DNA of 64,000 nucleotides from Bacteroidia bacterium (GCA_965279035.1 OZ257142.1:1801239-1865238), one strand, 5' to 3'. Numbered from the stretch's first letter, positions 1 through 10,276 are shown. The notes: generated by a model from the sequence alone, not told the origin. A program made the numbers and translations.

Positions 1-2117
1 GCATCCGAAGTGAGTGGAAAGTCGGTACTGTTTGTATATCCGAAAATATAGACATCGTTGTTGAGGTCCACATTCAATCCCATCATGTTTACTTCATTCA
101 AACTTCCTCCGATATAGGTCGAATTCACGAATGTTTGATTGGTATCCATGCTGGCAACAAAGAAGTCATTATCGCCGCTATTGTATGAGTTATCGTAATT
201 TCCAGATGCTGGAATATTGCTTGGAGAATCGAGTCCATTGGTTGTTCCTCCAAAATACAAACGATTTTTGAGTGTATTAAATTCCATACACAAAATGGAA
301 GTGGATTTACTCGAAGCCGATTTAAAATACGAAGACCAAACAGTAGTTCCGTTCGATTTAATTTTTTGAATGAATCCACTTTTCGTTCCGCCCAATGCAT
401 TTTGTCGTGCATTGCTTGTCACAGGAAAATCGCTTGAAGTAGTGTATCCTCCTAAGAAAATATCTCCATTTGTGGGATTCATTGCCATGATGGTAGCTTG
501 ATCCAAGGAAACGTCTTTGGATGCACCTGTTCCACCAAAATTTTTCATCCAGACAATGGAAGAAAGCGCTTGATTGATTTTGAATAAATGAACATCTGTA
601 TTTCCAGTATAACCTGAAGTCCGATTGGTTGCACCGCTCGAAGAATACAGTGTTGCTAAGTTTTTACTACTCGTATTTCCACAAACAACTACATCACCTG
701 AAGTAGTTAATCGTAAATCGAACGATCCATCATCTCCATCACCACCAATTACAGCAGCTTTAATAGCAGTTCCTGCTTGGTTGATTTTTAAGATGAAGGT
801 ATTATCTGTTTTTTGCGAACGTTGATCTAAACCTCCTGAATTCCCAAATGCAGATCCTCCAATGAGTGGAAAATCAGAACTTCCAGTATAACCAGTAATG
901 TAAAGATTACCATCTGGTCCCATTTCCATCGCGTATGGATTATCGTCGCCCGAACCTCCAATATAGGTTTGCCAAACGCGAGTTCCGCTTCCTCCGATGC
1001 TTGATGGTTCCAAGTACTTTCCAACAACTAAATCAATTCCTCCATTCGAAGAATTATCTAATGCTCCAACCGAAATTTCGTTGGTTTGTCCATCCACACG
1101 GGCAACTACGTAAATAGCACCATCAGTAGGATCAACCCAAATTCCGTGACCATGATTATCGCCACTTGTTGCATTTTTCCCTGAACCAACTACTTGCGAA
1201 TTCGAATTCACCCATGTAGCCCAACGCAATGCAATGGGATCGATCACCAAAGGCAAACGTTTGTTGTATTCTCCTAAATCAAATTGTAGGATTCCTTTTT
1301 CATCGAGTTTGTATTTCGATGGAATGTCGATTTGTTTCCCATCTACTTTTTGATACACGATCGGTTGAGGTAAACGCATCTCACCCACGCTGGTAGAAAT
1401 GATGAGTTCACCTTTATCCGAAAGTTTCAAACCTGAAACACCTTCCAACTGAATGGCAATGGCATCTTGCTTAAAACCAGGTTTACAAATGATGTCGTAT
1501 TCGAGCATCCCATCAGCCGAAGGATAATAACGAACGTCCACTTGATCGTACACGTTGTTATACCAAACTTCTTGGAAGCTACTCACCGAAGAAGCTTGAC
1601 CACTTCCTGAGAAATAACTCATTTGATCGCCATGTTTCTGACGAGCATCAATGCTCATTTTTTCAGAACCATGAAGGAATTTCATCATCCAAGCATGCGA
1701 CCGCACTTTGGCGATATCCTCTGTAAAAGGAACACCATCGCGATGCGCTTCTTCTTCGCGCATACTTTGTTCGCTATGTCGAGCAAGATCATCTTCACTA
1801 AACCAACGCATCACAACACCATCGCGTGTTACGAGCGCTTTTCCTTGTGGGAATTCGGCTTTATAAAGGATTTCCTTTTCCCACTGACCTTTGTTTTCGG
1901 TAAAGTGAATTTGCTTTTCAAAATAATGAAGCAAGCTTTCCACATCCGGATCCTTTTGAGTTCCGGTTTGCAAAGGCAAATTCCGACTCGGATTGTTTTG
2001 TGAAAATCCAAATACTGGTTGGATGAAAAGGCTTGAAAACAACAATAAGCGCTTAAGCCAGTTTGACTGACTAGCACATTTGATTGTTTTATTTCTGTAG
2101 GTAGGGCTTATAATCAT
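1..2117 (-). CDS. Partial cell-surface beta-propeller (SBBP-type) repeat protein with signal peptide. The C-terminus lies off the left window edge.
   Basis: Manual reverse-complement translation gives a stop-free frame from 2117 (ATG; MIISPTYRNKTIKCASQSNWLKRLLLFSSLFIQPVFGFSQ...) down to position 1. The N-terminal ENKGQW-type module and repeated GGSGxD / YTGSSDFP beta-propeller motifs are typical of large Bacteroidota surface proteins. It is absent from the ORF track only because it has no in-window stop. Confidence 0.6.
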   Translation of the reverse strand, partial: MIISPTYRNKTIKCASQSNWLKRLLLFSSLFIQPVFGFSQNNPSRNLPLQTGTQKDPDVESLLHYFEKQIHFTENKGQWEKEILYKAEFPQGKALVTRDGVVMRWFSEDDLARHSEQSMREEEAHRDGVPFTEDIAKVRSHAWMMKFLHGSEKMSIDARQKHGDQMSYFSGSGQASSVSSFQEVWYNNVYDQVDVRYYPSADGMLEYDIICKPGFKQDAIAIQLEGVSGLKLSDKGELIISTSVGEMRLPQPIVYQKVDGKQIDIPSKYKLDEKGILQFDLGEYNKRLPLVIDPIALRWATWVNSNSQVVGSGKNATSGDNHGHGIWVDPTDGAIYVVARVDGQTNEISVGALDNSSNGGIDLVVGKYLEPSSIGGSGTRVWQTYIGGSGDDNPYAMEMGPDGNLYITGYTGSSDFPLIGGSAFGNSGGLDQRSQKTDNTFILKINQAGTAIKAAVIGGDGDDGSFDLRLTTSGDVVVCGNTSSKNLATLYSSSGATNRTSGYTGNTDVHLFKINQALSSIVWMKNFGGTGASKDVSLDQATIMAMNPTNGDIFLGGYTTSSDFPVTSNARQNALGGTKSGFIQKIKSNGTTVWSSYFKSASSKSTSILCMEFNTLKNRLYFGGTTNGLDSPSNIPASGNYDNSYNSGDNDFFVASMDTNQTFVNSTYIGGSLNEVNMMGLNVDLNNDVYIFGYTNSTDFPLTSD

Positions 2118-2576
2118 AAGCGATAAATTGGTTGGGTTTTGATGGATAAAACTCTTTACTGATGAGGAGTGTGAGCCTTTTTTAGGTTTCGAATTTTAAT
2201 CCGGTTTTGTTGCGTTTTTGTTTGAAATAGGTTGACATTTCTTTGTTTTATTACTCAGCTTTATACCTAAATCTCGTGTGGGGGTTTCCCTTCAGACACC
2301 CTAGAATTCATCAAGTCTTCAAAATGGGTGATAGGAAAATCGGACATCTTGTTTTTATTTTTCAATTCAAACTTTCATTTAAAGCAGCCGATTAACTCGT
2401 ATTGTTTGATCACAACACGTATTAACCTGAATTCTATTTTGAGATACAATTCAGATTTGTGTGTAAGTTTTTATTGCATTCTTTTTAAAAAAATGCTGCC
2501 TTAAAGGAATTAGGATGGTTTGTGTTTGAATGAATAACTAGTGTTAGTTGATTCAATCATTCCTTAGCTTTGCTTT

Positions 2577-2966
2577 GTGAAAATGAAATCGCTTTCGGGT
2601 TATTTGTTGCTGATGGTTTTCTGTCTGCGCTTCCTGCCATCGCTGGAAATGCACGACCATCGTACCTCCCATGAGCGATGCATTCAGGAGCATTTAGAAC
2701 ATCGCAATCAATATAGTTCTTGCGAATTGACTGAGGTCTTAGGATGGGATTTCGGAGGACATTGTTCCGATAAAAATCACTTGAAAGAAACCCAAAAAGA
2801 ATGCGCTTCTTGCGGTTTCGACTTTATTAAGAATTTCGATGCGGCTGTATTTTCAGTTCAAGAAGTAAGCACATTTCATTTAGCCAACATCGATTTTCCA
2901 ATCGAAAATTGCTACTCCGGATTTACCTTATTGTTATGCAATAAAGGGCCGCCTGCCTTTGCCTGA
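2577..2966 (+). CDS. Small secreted His/Cys-rich hypothetical protein, possibly metal-binding
   Basis: N-terminal hydrophobic signal-like segment. HDHRTSHERCIQEHLEHRN His-rich stretch and several Cys. It ends 50 bp upstream of the TonB-dependent receptor gene on the same strand. Confidence 0.35.
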   Translation: MKMKSLSGYLLLMVFCLRFLPSLEMHDHRTSHERCIQEHLEHRNQYSSCELTEVLGWDFGGHCSDKNHLKETQKECASCGFDFIKNFDAAVFSVQEVSTFHLANIDFPIENCYSGFTLLLCNKGPPAFA

Positions 2967-3015
2967 TATCAAATAGTACTATTCATTTCCTAATCAGGTC
3001 CAACAATTTTAAAGC

Positions 3016-5364
3016 ATGTCAATTCCATTTTCCTTTGGTAGGAAAGTGCTGACACTATTCCTGTTTCTATATATTCCTATGCATTATTGTAGTGCACAGG
3101 ATTGTGACAGTCGTTTGTTTTTGCATTTCTCCAATCCTTCTGCAAAGCCCGTTGCAGTAAAACTATTTTTCAAGAATTCAGAACGAACACTTTCGTTTAA
3201 TTCATCCATAATGCTTTCTACATTATGTCCCGGACAATACCGCATTGTTTTGCTCCAAGCAGGATATCTTCCCTTGGATACGAGTTTCACACTGGCTAAA
3301 TCTCTCGATTTAATTCTTCCACTTATTCCACGTGTGAAAGAATTGAAAGAACTTGAAATTCATGAGGATCATCTCGATCAACAAGGGCGATTAACGCTGC
3401 AATCATCTCAACTGAATGCATCACAATGGCAAGCAAATGCAGGCAAACCATTGGGCGAAATGTTGAAGGAGGCGAGTGGAGTGAGTAGTTTGCAATCGGG
3501 TCCAACCATTTCGAAACCGGTCATTCATGGTTTACATAGCAATCGGGTAGTATTGATTAACAATGGCATTCGGCTGGAAAGTCAGCAATGGGGCGCCGAA
3601 CACGCTCCGGAGATTGATCCATTTAATGTTGTGAGTGCAACAGTTTTAAAAGGAGCTGCCAGTTTACGCTATGGTTCAGATGCGATAGCAGGCGTTGTAT
3701 TACTTCAACCTAAAACGATGGATTTTGAGAAAGGCACACGAGGCGAAGTAGTTCTCAATGGAATGAGCAATGGTAGAATGGGCGCTGCATCTGCACGAAT
3801 TGAACATGCGTTTGGAGGGAAATTCAAAGGCATGGGAATTCGAATTCAAGGAACACTAAAAGATGCAGGAAATATAAAAACACCTACCTATTATTTGAAA
3901 AATACAGGCATGTGTGAAAACGATGTTTCAGCGACTTGGATGTATACGAATAAACGTGTAGCAATGGAAATTTCTGGGTCGATTTTCAAAACTCAAATCG
4001 GGATTTTTACAGGTTCACATGTGGGGAATCTCAAAGACTTGGAAGCTGCTCTTCAAAGCGTTTTTCCTAAAGATTCTTCCGGATTCTCTCGCAAAATTGA
4101 ACGTGGTTTTCAAGAAGTAAAACACGAAACATTCAAAGCACGTTTTTGCTATCATTTAAATGAATACAAACAGCTAGAAATTGTATACGGACTTCAACGC
4201 AATCACCGTCAAGAATACGATAGCGGCTTGCCTTTAAGTACCAATCCTGCGATATTAAATGCTGCTCAAGCCGACTTTTTAATTAGCACCAATACACTCG
4301 ATGTTTTGTATTCTGAGAAGCTCAATGGGTTGTATTCATTGTCGATAGGAGCAAGTTTGCTGAGTCAAGGAAATGTGTTTAAAGGATTAGAATACCGTGC
4401 ATTAATTCCCAATTTTCGAAACAATGGCGCAGGTAGTTTTATCGCGCTTTCGCGAAAGAAAAAAAGGTTGATTATCGAAGCTGGTTTACGTTACGATTAT
4501 CGCTGGTTGGAGTGTTATCGATTGGATTATACAACACTCGAAACCTTTGCAACATTGCATCAATTCCAAAATGGTTCCTTTTCACTTGGAGGCTTGTATC
4601 AATTCAACGAAAAGTTCAGCATACAGACAAATGTAGGTTCAGCATGGCGTGCACCCAACGTGAATGAATTATACGGAAACGGAGTTCATCAAAGTGCTGC
4701 TTCATTCGAAATTGGAGATAGTACTTTACTTAGCGAACGTGCTTATAATGCTATCATTTCAGGCCTTTGGGAAAGTAGTAAATCACGTTTCGAAATTGGA
4801 ATTTATCGAAATCAACTAGATCATTTCATTTTCTTAAAACCACTTCTTGTCCCAGTAATTACCATTGCCGGAGCTTATCCAGCCTTTCAACAAACTCAGG
4901 TAAATGCAGTATTCACTGGACTCGATTTCGATTTTAAAACCATCCTCTGGAGAAGTCTTAAAATAGGAGGGAAGTTGGCTCTGATTCAAGGGTATAATCG
5001 AACAATTCATGATTATTTAGTCTACACTCCTTCGAACCGAGGAGACATGTTTTTGATGATCGAAGGCAATGCGAATGAACGTGGGAAAAAGTCCTATGTC
5101 AAGTTGAGTGCTCAGTATGTAGCTCGACAAAATCATGTACCATCGAATAGCGATTATGTAGCTCCCCCGGCAGACTATTTTCTGATGAATTTCGATGCTG
5201 GATTATCAGTAGGGAAGAAGCATCCAATCGATTTGGGATTTTCAATTTACAATGTATTCAATACACAATACCGAGAGTATTTAAATCGCTTTCGGTATTT
5301 TGCAAATGAGCAGGGACGATCGTTTGTTCTAAGAATTTCTGTCCCCTTTACTCTAAAAAAATAA
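3016..5364 (+). CDS. TonB-dependent outer-membrane receptor
   Basis: Plug-domain motifs are present (LQSGPTISKPVIHGLHSNRVVLINNGIRLESQQWG..., VLKGAASLRYGSDAIAGVV). The long beta-barrel region ends in an aromatic-rich C-terminus. 782 aa. Confidence 0.85.
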   Translation: MSIPFSFGRKVLTLFLFLYIPMHYCSAQDCDSRLFLHFSNPSAKPVAVKLFFKNSERTLSFNSSIMLSTLCPGQYRIVLLQAGYLPLDTSFTLAKSLDLILPLIPRVKELKELEIHEDHLDQQGRLTLQSSQLNASQWQANAGKPLGEMLKEASGVSSLQSGPTISKPVIHGLHSNRVVLINNGIRLESQQWGAEHAPEIDPFNVVSATVLKGAASLRYGSDAIAGVVLLQPKTMDFEKGTRGEVVLNGMSNGRMGAASARIEHAFGGKFKGMGIRIQGTLKDAGNIKTPTYYLKNTGMCENDVSATWMYTNKRVAMEISGSIFKTQIGIFTGSHVGNLKDLEAALQSVFPKDSSGFSRKIERGFQEVKHETFKARFCYHLNEYKQLEIVYGLQRNHRQEYDSGLPLSTNPAILNAAQADFLISTNTLDVLYSEKLNGLYSLSIGASLLSQGNVFKGLEYRALIPNFRNNGAGSFIALSRKKKRLIIEAGLRYDYRWLECYRLDYTTLETFATLHQFQNGSFSLGGLYQFNEKFSIQTNVGSAWRAPNVNELYGNGVHQSAASFEIGDSTLLSERAYNAIISGLWESSKSRFEIGIYRNQLDHFIFLKPLLVPVITIAGAYPAFQQTQVNAVFTGLDFDFKTILWRSLKIGGKLALIQGYNRTIHDYLVYTPSNRGDMFLMIEGNANERGKKSYVKLSAQYVARQNHVPSNSDYVAPPADYFLMNFDAGLSVGKKHPIDLGFSIYNVFNTQYREYLNRFRYFANEQGRSFVLRISVPFTLKK

Positions 5365-5367
5365 ACC

Positions 5368-5946
5368 ATGAAAAATCATAAACGCTTTTGGAATATCATT
5401 TTTTCAATTTCCATTCTATTTGGAATGAATGGGTGTAAAAAGGACGAACAAGTTGTTTCTCCACCTTTACCCGGAAATGAATTAATCACAACGGTGAAAC
5501 TACAATTTATCAGTAGTGATCAGGCTGATACAATTCAAGCTGTGTGGCGCGATTTAACTCCAAACGACATCAATCCTCCGGATACGAGTGCCGCTGTAAT
5601 TTCACTGCGTGCGAATAAATCCTATCAAGCAGAAATTGCTTTTTGGGATGAAACAAAATCTCCAGCAGTCGACTTAACTCCTGAGATTAAACAACGCGGT
5701 AATTATCACCGAATCTTTTATTTTTCTTCTAGCCTTTTGGGAAATAATCTCGTATTCATCATCAACGATTTTGACACGAATTCTCCACCTTTGGCATTAG
5801 GAATTTCATCTACATGTACAACGCATGATGTATCTTCGGGCTTCCTAAATGTTATTTTAAAACATCAACCTAACGTAAAAGATGGCACATTTGCACCCGG
5901 TTCAATTGATCTCGATGTGAATTTTCAAGTGTCTATTCAACCTTAA
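5368..5946 (+). CDS. Lipoprotein of unknown function, co-operonic with the TonB-dependent receptor
   Basis: Signal peptide with lipobox-like FGMNGC. It starts 4 bp after the receptor stop. Confidence 0.55.
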   Translation: MKNHKRFWNIIFSISILFGMNGCKKDEQVVSPPLPGNELITTVKLQFISSDQADTIQAVWRDLTPNDINPPDTSAAVISLRANKSYQAEIAFWDETKSPAVDLTPEIKQRGNYHRIFYFSSSLLGNNLVFIINDFDTNSPPLALGISSTCTTHDVSSGFLNVILKHQPNVKDGTFAPGSIDLDVNFQVSIQP

Positions 5947-5955
5947 TTCTCCGCA

Positions 5956-6666
5956 ATGAAAAAAATATTCTTAACAAGCTTTCTTTTTTGCTCTCTTATT
6001 TCATGGGCGCAAACCGACAAAGGAACCTACTTTATAGACCTTACAGCAGGTGTAGCTTTTGCTTCTGGCAATTTCATCAAAACCGATTATGCCGATTCCA
6101 CTTCTGGATTTGCGCAATCGACCGGTTTGGCTATTCAGTGGAAATCGGGTGTTTTTATTCGAAAGAATTTTTCGATCAATATGGTCATTGGTTCAAACCA
6201 ATTTGGAATTGCTGAATTGCAGAAAATGGCCGATGGATTTTTGAGCGATTTTAATGTGGATAGCACCACCGTTACTGTGAAAGGAAAATATGCAAGTGCG
6301 AATTATTTGTTAGGTCCTTCTTATTCATATCCTCTAGGGAAATTGATTCTCGATGCACATGTTTTAGCTGGAATTTCCACCTTGCAAATACCTCAAATGA
6401 AGGTTGATTTGGAAGATAATACCAGTGCAACGTTTTATCAGAAGAAATCAAGCGGGATAGGATTTGGATTGCAATCCGGTATTGGAATAAAATACTTCTT
6501 AGGAGAACATTTCGCTTTAAGTTTTAACGGTGATTATTTACTAGCTAAACCCAAAGTCAGCATCGAAAACGAAAACAGAACCAATACTGCGGGCAGGTAT
6601 TTAAGAACCTATCAGCAATCGATTGGTGGCATTTCAGCTAAACTGGGATTGACGTATGTTTTTTAA
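5956..6666 (+). CDS. Outer-membrane beta-barrel (porin-family/OmpA-like) protein
   Basis: Signal peptide (SWAQT). Alternating amphipathic beta-strand pattern and C-terminal ...LGLTYVF aromatic terminus typical of OMP barrels. It is the third gene of the receptor operon. Confidence 0.55.
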   Translation: MKKIFLTSFLFCSLISWAQTDKGTYFIDLTAGVAFASGNFIKTDYADSTSGFAQSTGLAIQWKSGVFIRKNFSINMVIGSNQFGIAELQKMADGFLSDFNVDSTTVTVKGKYASANYLLGPSYSYPLGKLILDAHVLAGISTLQIPQMKVDLEDNTSATFYQKKSSGIGFGLQSGIGIKYFLGEHFALSFNGDYLLAKPKVSIENENRTNTAGRYLRTYQQSIGGISAKLGLTYVF

Positions 6667-6739
6667 TTGATAATCGCTGTTGATTCATGCGCGATGGTAT
6701 ATTTTCTATGAGGATGTTTGTGCTGCATAAGTTGAATCA

Positions 6740-8209
6740 ATGAGAGAAATAGTTCAATCGAAGTATCGTAAACTATTGCTGTTAGGATTGCTTGTGTATA
6801 TTCTAACAGCGGTTTTTAGTATTGGATATTTTCATCCAGATGAGCATTTTCAAATTCTGGAATTTTGTCAGTATAAATTAGGGAAATCTCCCCTGAGCGA
6901 TTTACCTTGGGAATACAACGAACACATGCGTCCCGCTTTGCAGCCAAGCATGGTTTTTATTCTTATTAAATTCCTACAACTCTTCCAGCTTCAAAATCCA
7001 TTTTACATAGCTAGTATTTTACGATTATTAAGTGGGATTTTAACTTGGTTTGTCACTTCTATTTTAGCAATACAGCTCCTATCTAATTTTAAAACAGAAA
7101 AGGGAAAACGAAAATTTCTTTTAGCTACTTATTTCCTGTGGTTTATTCCTTTTTTAAGTGTTCGATTTTCTTCCGAAAATTTTGCAGCCATTTTCCTGCT
7201 TGCTTCCTTGATTGTTTTTTTTAGAATTTCCCCCAATAGTAAATCGTATGTCAACTATGTATGGGTAGGAATTTTATTGGGACTTTCTTTTTTCTTTCGA
7301 TTTCAAATGGGCTTCGCCCTTCTTGGAATTGCCGCCTGGTTGCTATTCATACGACAATTAGCATTTCGAAGTATACTTATCATTGCCATCGGTGGAGTAT
7401 TATCCATAGCCTTTGGAACACTCGTCGATCGTTGGTTTTATGGCGAATGGGTGTGCACTCCTTATCAGTATTTCTTTGCCAATATCATTCAAAATAAAGC
7501 AGCCAAATTTGGGACAGAACCAATCTGGTATTATTTCAATTCCTTTTTTATTTCAGCCATTCCACCCATTAGCATTTTGCTTTTTATATTCTTATGCATT
7601 GGTTCTAAAAACAATAAAAAGGATATATTTTTATGGATACTCATTCCATTTGTCCTTGCGCATTCGCTTGTTGCTCATAAAGAAATGCGTTTTTTATTTC
7701 CTCTCATTTTTGGATTTATTTATTTAAGTGCATTGGGTTTAGATTCTATTTATCACCAATCGAAACATCTCAAATGGTGGAAATTATTTTTGCGCTTAGT
7801 GCTGATAATTAATATTCCAATTCTCTGCATTCGTTGCCTGATGCCCGCTAACGAATCCGTTGCGTATTATCGCTATATGTACAATCAGTATAACGAAAAA
7901 CCAATAACCATTTTGAGTAGAGAAAAGGAACTCTATTTCTTGAAAACGAATTTCTATAAAACTCCCGGTGTACACTCTCTCCAACTCGAAAATGATACTG
8001 CTATACGAGCCTTTTTATTGGAGAAAAATCCCAAATCAATCCTCCTGTTTGAATCCGAATTGAAAAATGGAACAATTCAATATCCCGGCTATAAACGCGA
8101 ATTAAACTTTTGCTTATTTCCGCAATGGATTCTCGATAATAATCTAAATAATTGGCAAAGCAGATCGCGCATTTGGAGCATTTGGGAATTGAAAAGAATA
8201 GAGGATTGA
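6740..8209 (+). CDS. GT-C fold glycosyltransferase, family 22-like (Alg9/PIG-B-type mannosyltransferase homolog)
   Basis: Polytopic membrane protein. The N-terminal luminal-loop motif YFHPDEHFQILEF matches the conserved HxDExFQ signature of the Glyco_transf_22 (Alg9-like) family. 489 aa with a C-terminal soluble segment. Confidence 0.6.
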   Translation: MREIVQSKYRKLLLLGLLVYILTAVFSIGYFHPDEHFQILEFCQYKLGKSPLSDLPWEYNEHMRPALQPSMVFILIKFLQLFQLQNPFYIASILRLLSGILTWFVTSILAIQLLSNFKTEKGKRKFLLATYFLWFIPFLSVRFSSENFAAIFLLASLIVFFRISPNSKSYVNYVWVGILLGLSFFFRFQMGFALLGIAAWLLFIRQLAFRSILIIAIGGVLSIAFGTLVDRWFYGEWVCTPYQYFFANIIQNKAAKFGTEPIWYYFNSFFISAIPPISILLFIFLCIGSKNNKKDIFLWILIPFVLAHSLVAHKEMRFLFPLIFGFIYLSALGLDSIYHQSKHLKWWKLFLRLVLIINIPILCIRCLMPANESVAYYRYMYNQYNEKPITILSREKELYFLKTNFYKTPGVHSLQLENDTAIRAFLLEKNPKSILLFESELKNGTIQYPGYKRELNFCLFPQWILDNNLNNWQSRSRIWSIWELKRIED

Positions 8210-8340
8210 ACACGTGAAGGGTTAAAATTATCCTCACATAATAATTATAATTAAACCCAATATTCAATGATAGTGTTAAGCTTTATTATTAGAAGATTAA
8301 ATTATTAATTAGGTTTAGAATTGAAACGGATCTTGCGATA

Positions 8341-9425
8341 TTAGCATCTAGGCTGAAACCTCACCCCCGGCCTCTCTCCACCGGGAGAGGGGAGTTTATT
8401 AAGGTACTTTTGCTGGTCTGCTTCTAAGTGTTTCGCATTTGAAAATTCAATTTCTATTACAGTTGAATGATTTACAGTAAATTGAATCTAGCTCAAAAAG
8501 TAGGATGTAAACACGGATTTAGTGCGCTAGCCTGTCTGGGCGGCGAGGCAGCGTTTCGCCATTCCTTAGAAAAATATAGCTCTTAGCACATAGGGCGAAA
8601 AAAGGCTTTGCGCGCTGAAGCATCGTCCAGACTTGAATTTCTTTGCATGCACGCTGAGCTTGTCGAAGCGTGTTTCAAGACAAGAAAGTACCACGTCGTA
8701 GACATTCATGTACAGCCCAAAAGAAAACTGAATCTCGAATTTCCCAGAATGATTATTAATATTTAAATGTAAACACGGATCTAATTCGATAGGAGACCTC
8801 ACCCCCAGCCCCTCTCCTTCCCGTAGGGACCACTAAGTGGCAGGAGAGGGGAGTTTGTTACGTTACTTGTGCTGTTCAGAATGAGCGGTCAGACTGCACT
8901 TCTCATTTTTAGAAAAATTCAATTCTAATACAGTTAAATGATTTTATTAAATAGAATCTAGCTCAAATTGTAGGATGCAAACACGTATCAAGTGCGCTGG
9001 CCTGTCTGGGCGGCGAGGCAGCGTTTCGCCATTCCTTAGAAAAATATAGCTCTTAGCACAATGGGCGAAAGAAGGCATTGTGCGCAAGCAGCATCGTCCA
9101 GACTTGAACTTCTTTATTCGTAAGTGTTTATTTTATAAAGGAACTCATGAGGGCTTCGCCGTTGCTTCCTTTCTTGTATCAAGACAAGAAAGGAAGACGT
9201 CGTAGACATTCATGTAATGACTCAAAAGAAAACTAAATTTCGAATTTCAATGAATGTTTATTGATACTAAAATGCAAAATCGAATCTTTGCAATTGCCCG
9301 TCATGCCGGTGAGGAAGTATCTTCAAGACTTGTGAATGTAAGTTGAAATTTTTCGAAGAGTTTATAAAAGCATATTTCAAGACAAGAAAGGAATACGTCT
9401 TAGACAAACATGAATGATTAATTGA
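8341..9425. repeat. Tandem array (~2.3 copies) of a ~450-500 bp non-coding unit with conserved internal hairpins
   Basis: Near-identical blocks gcgct(a/g)gcctgtctgggcggcgaggcagcgtttcgccattccttagaaaaatatagctcttagcaca at 8523 and 8993. The cctcaccccc(g/a)gcc(t/c)ctctcc...ggagaggggagttt inverted repeat occurs at 8359 and 8807. tcaagacaagaaag(t/g)a(c/a)(c/g)acgtc(g/t)tagaca occurs at 8675, 9179 and 9375. No ORF is conserved across copies. Confidence 0.7.
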
Positions 9426-9484
9426 AATAAAGCTGCCAAAGGTTTATTTTATCAATATCATATAGAATTTCAAAAGCAAACAGT

Positions 9485-10027
9485 TTAATTAACCTCAATT
9501 AATTTCATTAACTCTGATTCCTGTCTTTTAAGCATTTCTAACTCATGTTTCCACTTGAAATACAGTTTTGAAGCATTGGGCATTTCATATTTCTTCACTT
9601 CTTTTTTCTTTAATCTTAAAACGAGATTTCTCGCTTCTATTGGTTCTATTGTATTTCGACTTAATACTTCAATGGCTGTTTCTAATCGATATTTATAATC
9701 CCAGGTTTTTTCTAGTTTCTCAATCTTTTTTTCAATGGAATAAATAGTATGTTTTATTCTTCCTAATAATTTCTTTATTTCTAATTCATTTAAATCAGGT
9801 AGTGCTTTCTTTTCTAAATGCCATGCAGGATTTTCTTTCTCATGTTTTTGATACAAATCTATTATTGAATAATATTTATGCTTCGCTGAATCACTTAAAG
9901 TATATTTATTCCGATCGTTTCTCGCAATTACACTTCGAGCTACTTCAATTAACATAGCTAATTCATGTTGTTTTAGCCCCAGTGTTTCACGTTGAACTTT
10001 TCTTTCATAAGGTATACGGTCTTTCAT
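9485..10027 (-). CDS. XRE-like helix-turn-helix protein with C-terminal coiled-coil region
   Basis: The LGLKQHELAMLIEVARSVIARNDRN segment fits an XRE-family HTH. The rest is K/E-rich and predicted helical. Confidence 0.45.
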   Translation of the reverse strand: MKDRIPYERKVQRETLGLKQHELAMLIEVARSVIARNDRNKYTLSDSAKHKYYSIIDLYQKHEKENPAWHLEKKALPDLNELEIKKLLGRIKHTIYSIEKKIEKLEKTWDYKYRLETAIEVLSRNTIEPIEARNLVLRLKKKEVKKYEMPNASKLYFKWKHELEMLKRQESELMKLIEVN

Positions 10028-10276
10028 AATCTATTTTTAAATGAAATTAAGGAATGCTTGGAACATTTCAAAAGAATGGATTCAAGATGTTCTAATGAAA
10101 GAACATTTATTAATGATATCGTTCAGAATGTTCTGAATTTGGAACATTTTATATTTGTAATTACTGGAATGTTCTAATTGTAATCGTTATTGATAGTGTA
10201 TCTTATAAAAATCATTGTTTCGAAAACATTTTTCGAAGCCGTATGTTTGAAGCGGCAAATCTTTCTTCAATATATG

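Noticed and set aside
125-1117. Short ORFs (60-95 aa) on both strands in the first 2 kb
   Set aside because: They are alternative-frame artefacts overlapping the long stop-free minus-strand frame, which encodes a recognisable beta-propeller surface protein.
7261-7984. Nested plus- and minus-strand ORFs (78, 104, 62 aa) inside the GT22 gene
   Set aside because: They are out of frame within a well-supported polytopic membrane-protein gene and have low-complexity translations.
9992-10177. 61-aa plus-strand ORF between the HTH gene and the receptor gene
   Set aside because: It overlaps the HTH gene start and the likely promoter region, with no supporting features.
10190-10276. Upstream in-frame extension of the second TonB-dependent receptor ORF (MIVYLIKIIVSKTFFEAV...)
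   Set aside because: The signal peptide (MLIRATLLLLFLISTTTFAQ) begins at 10277. The extension is likely non-coding leader.
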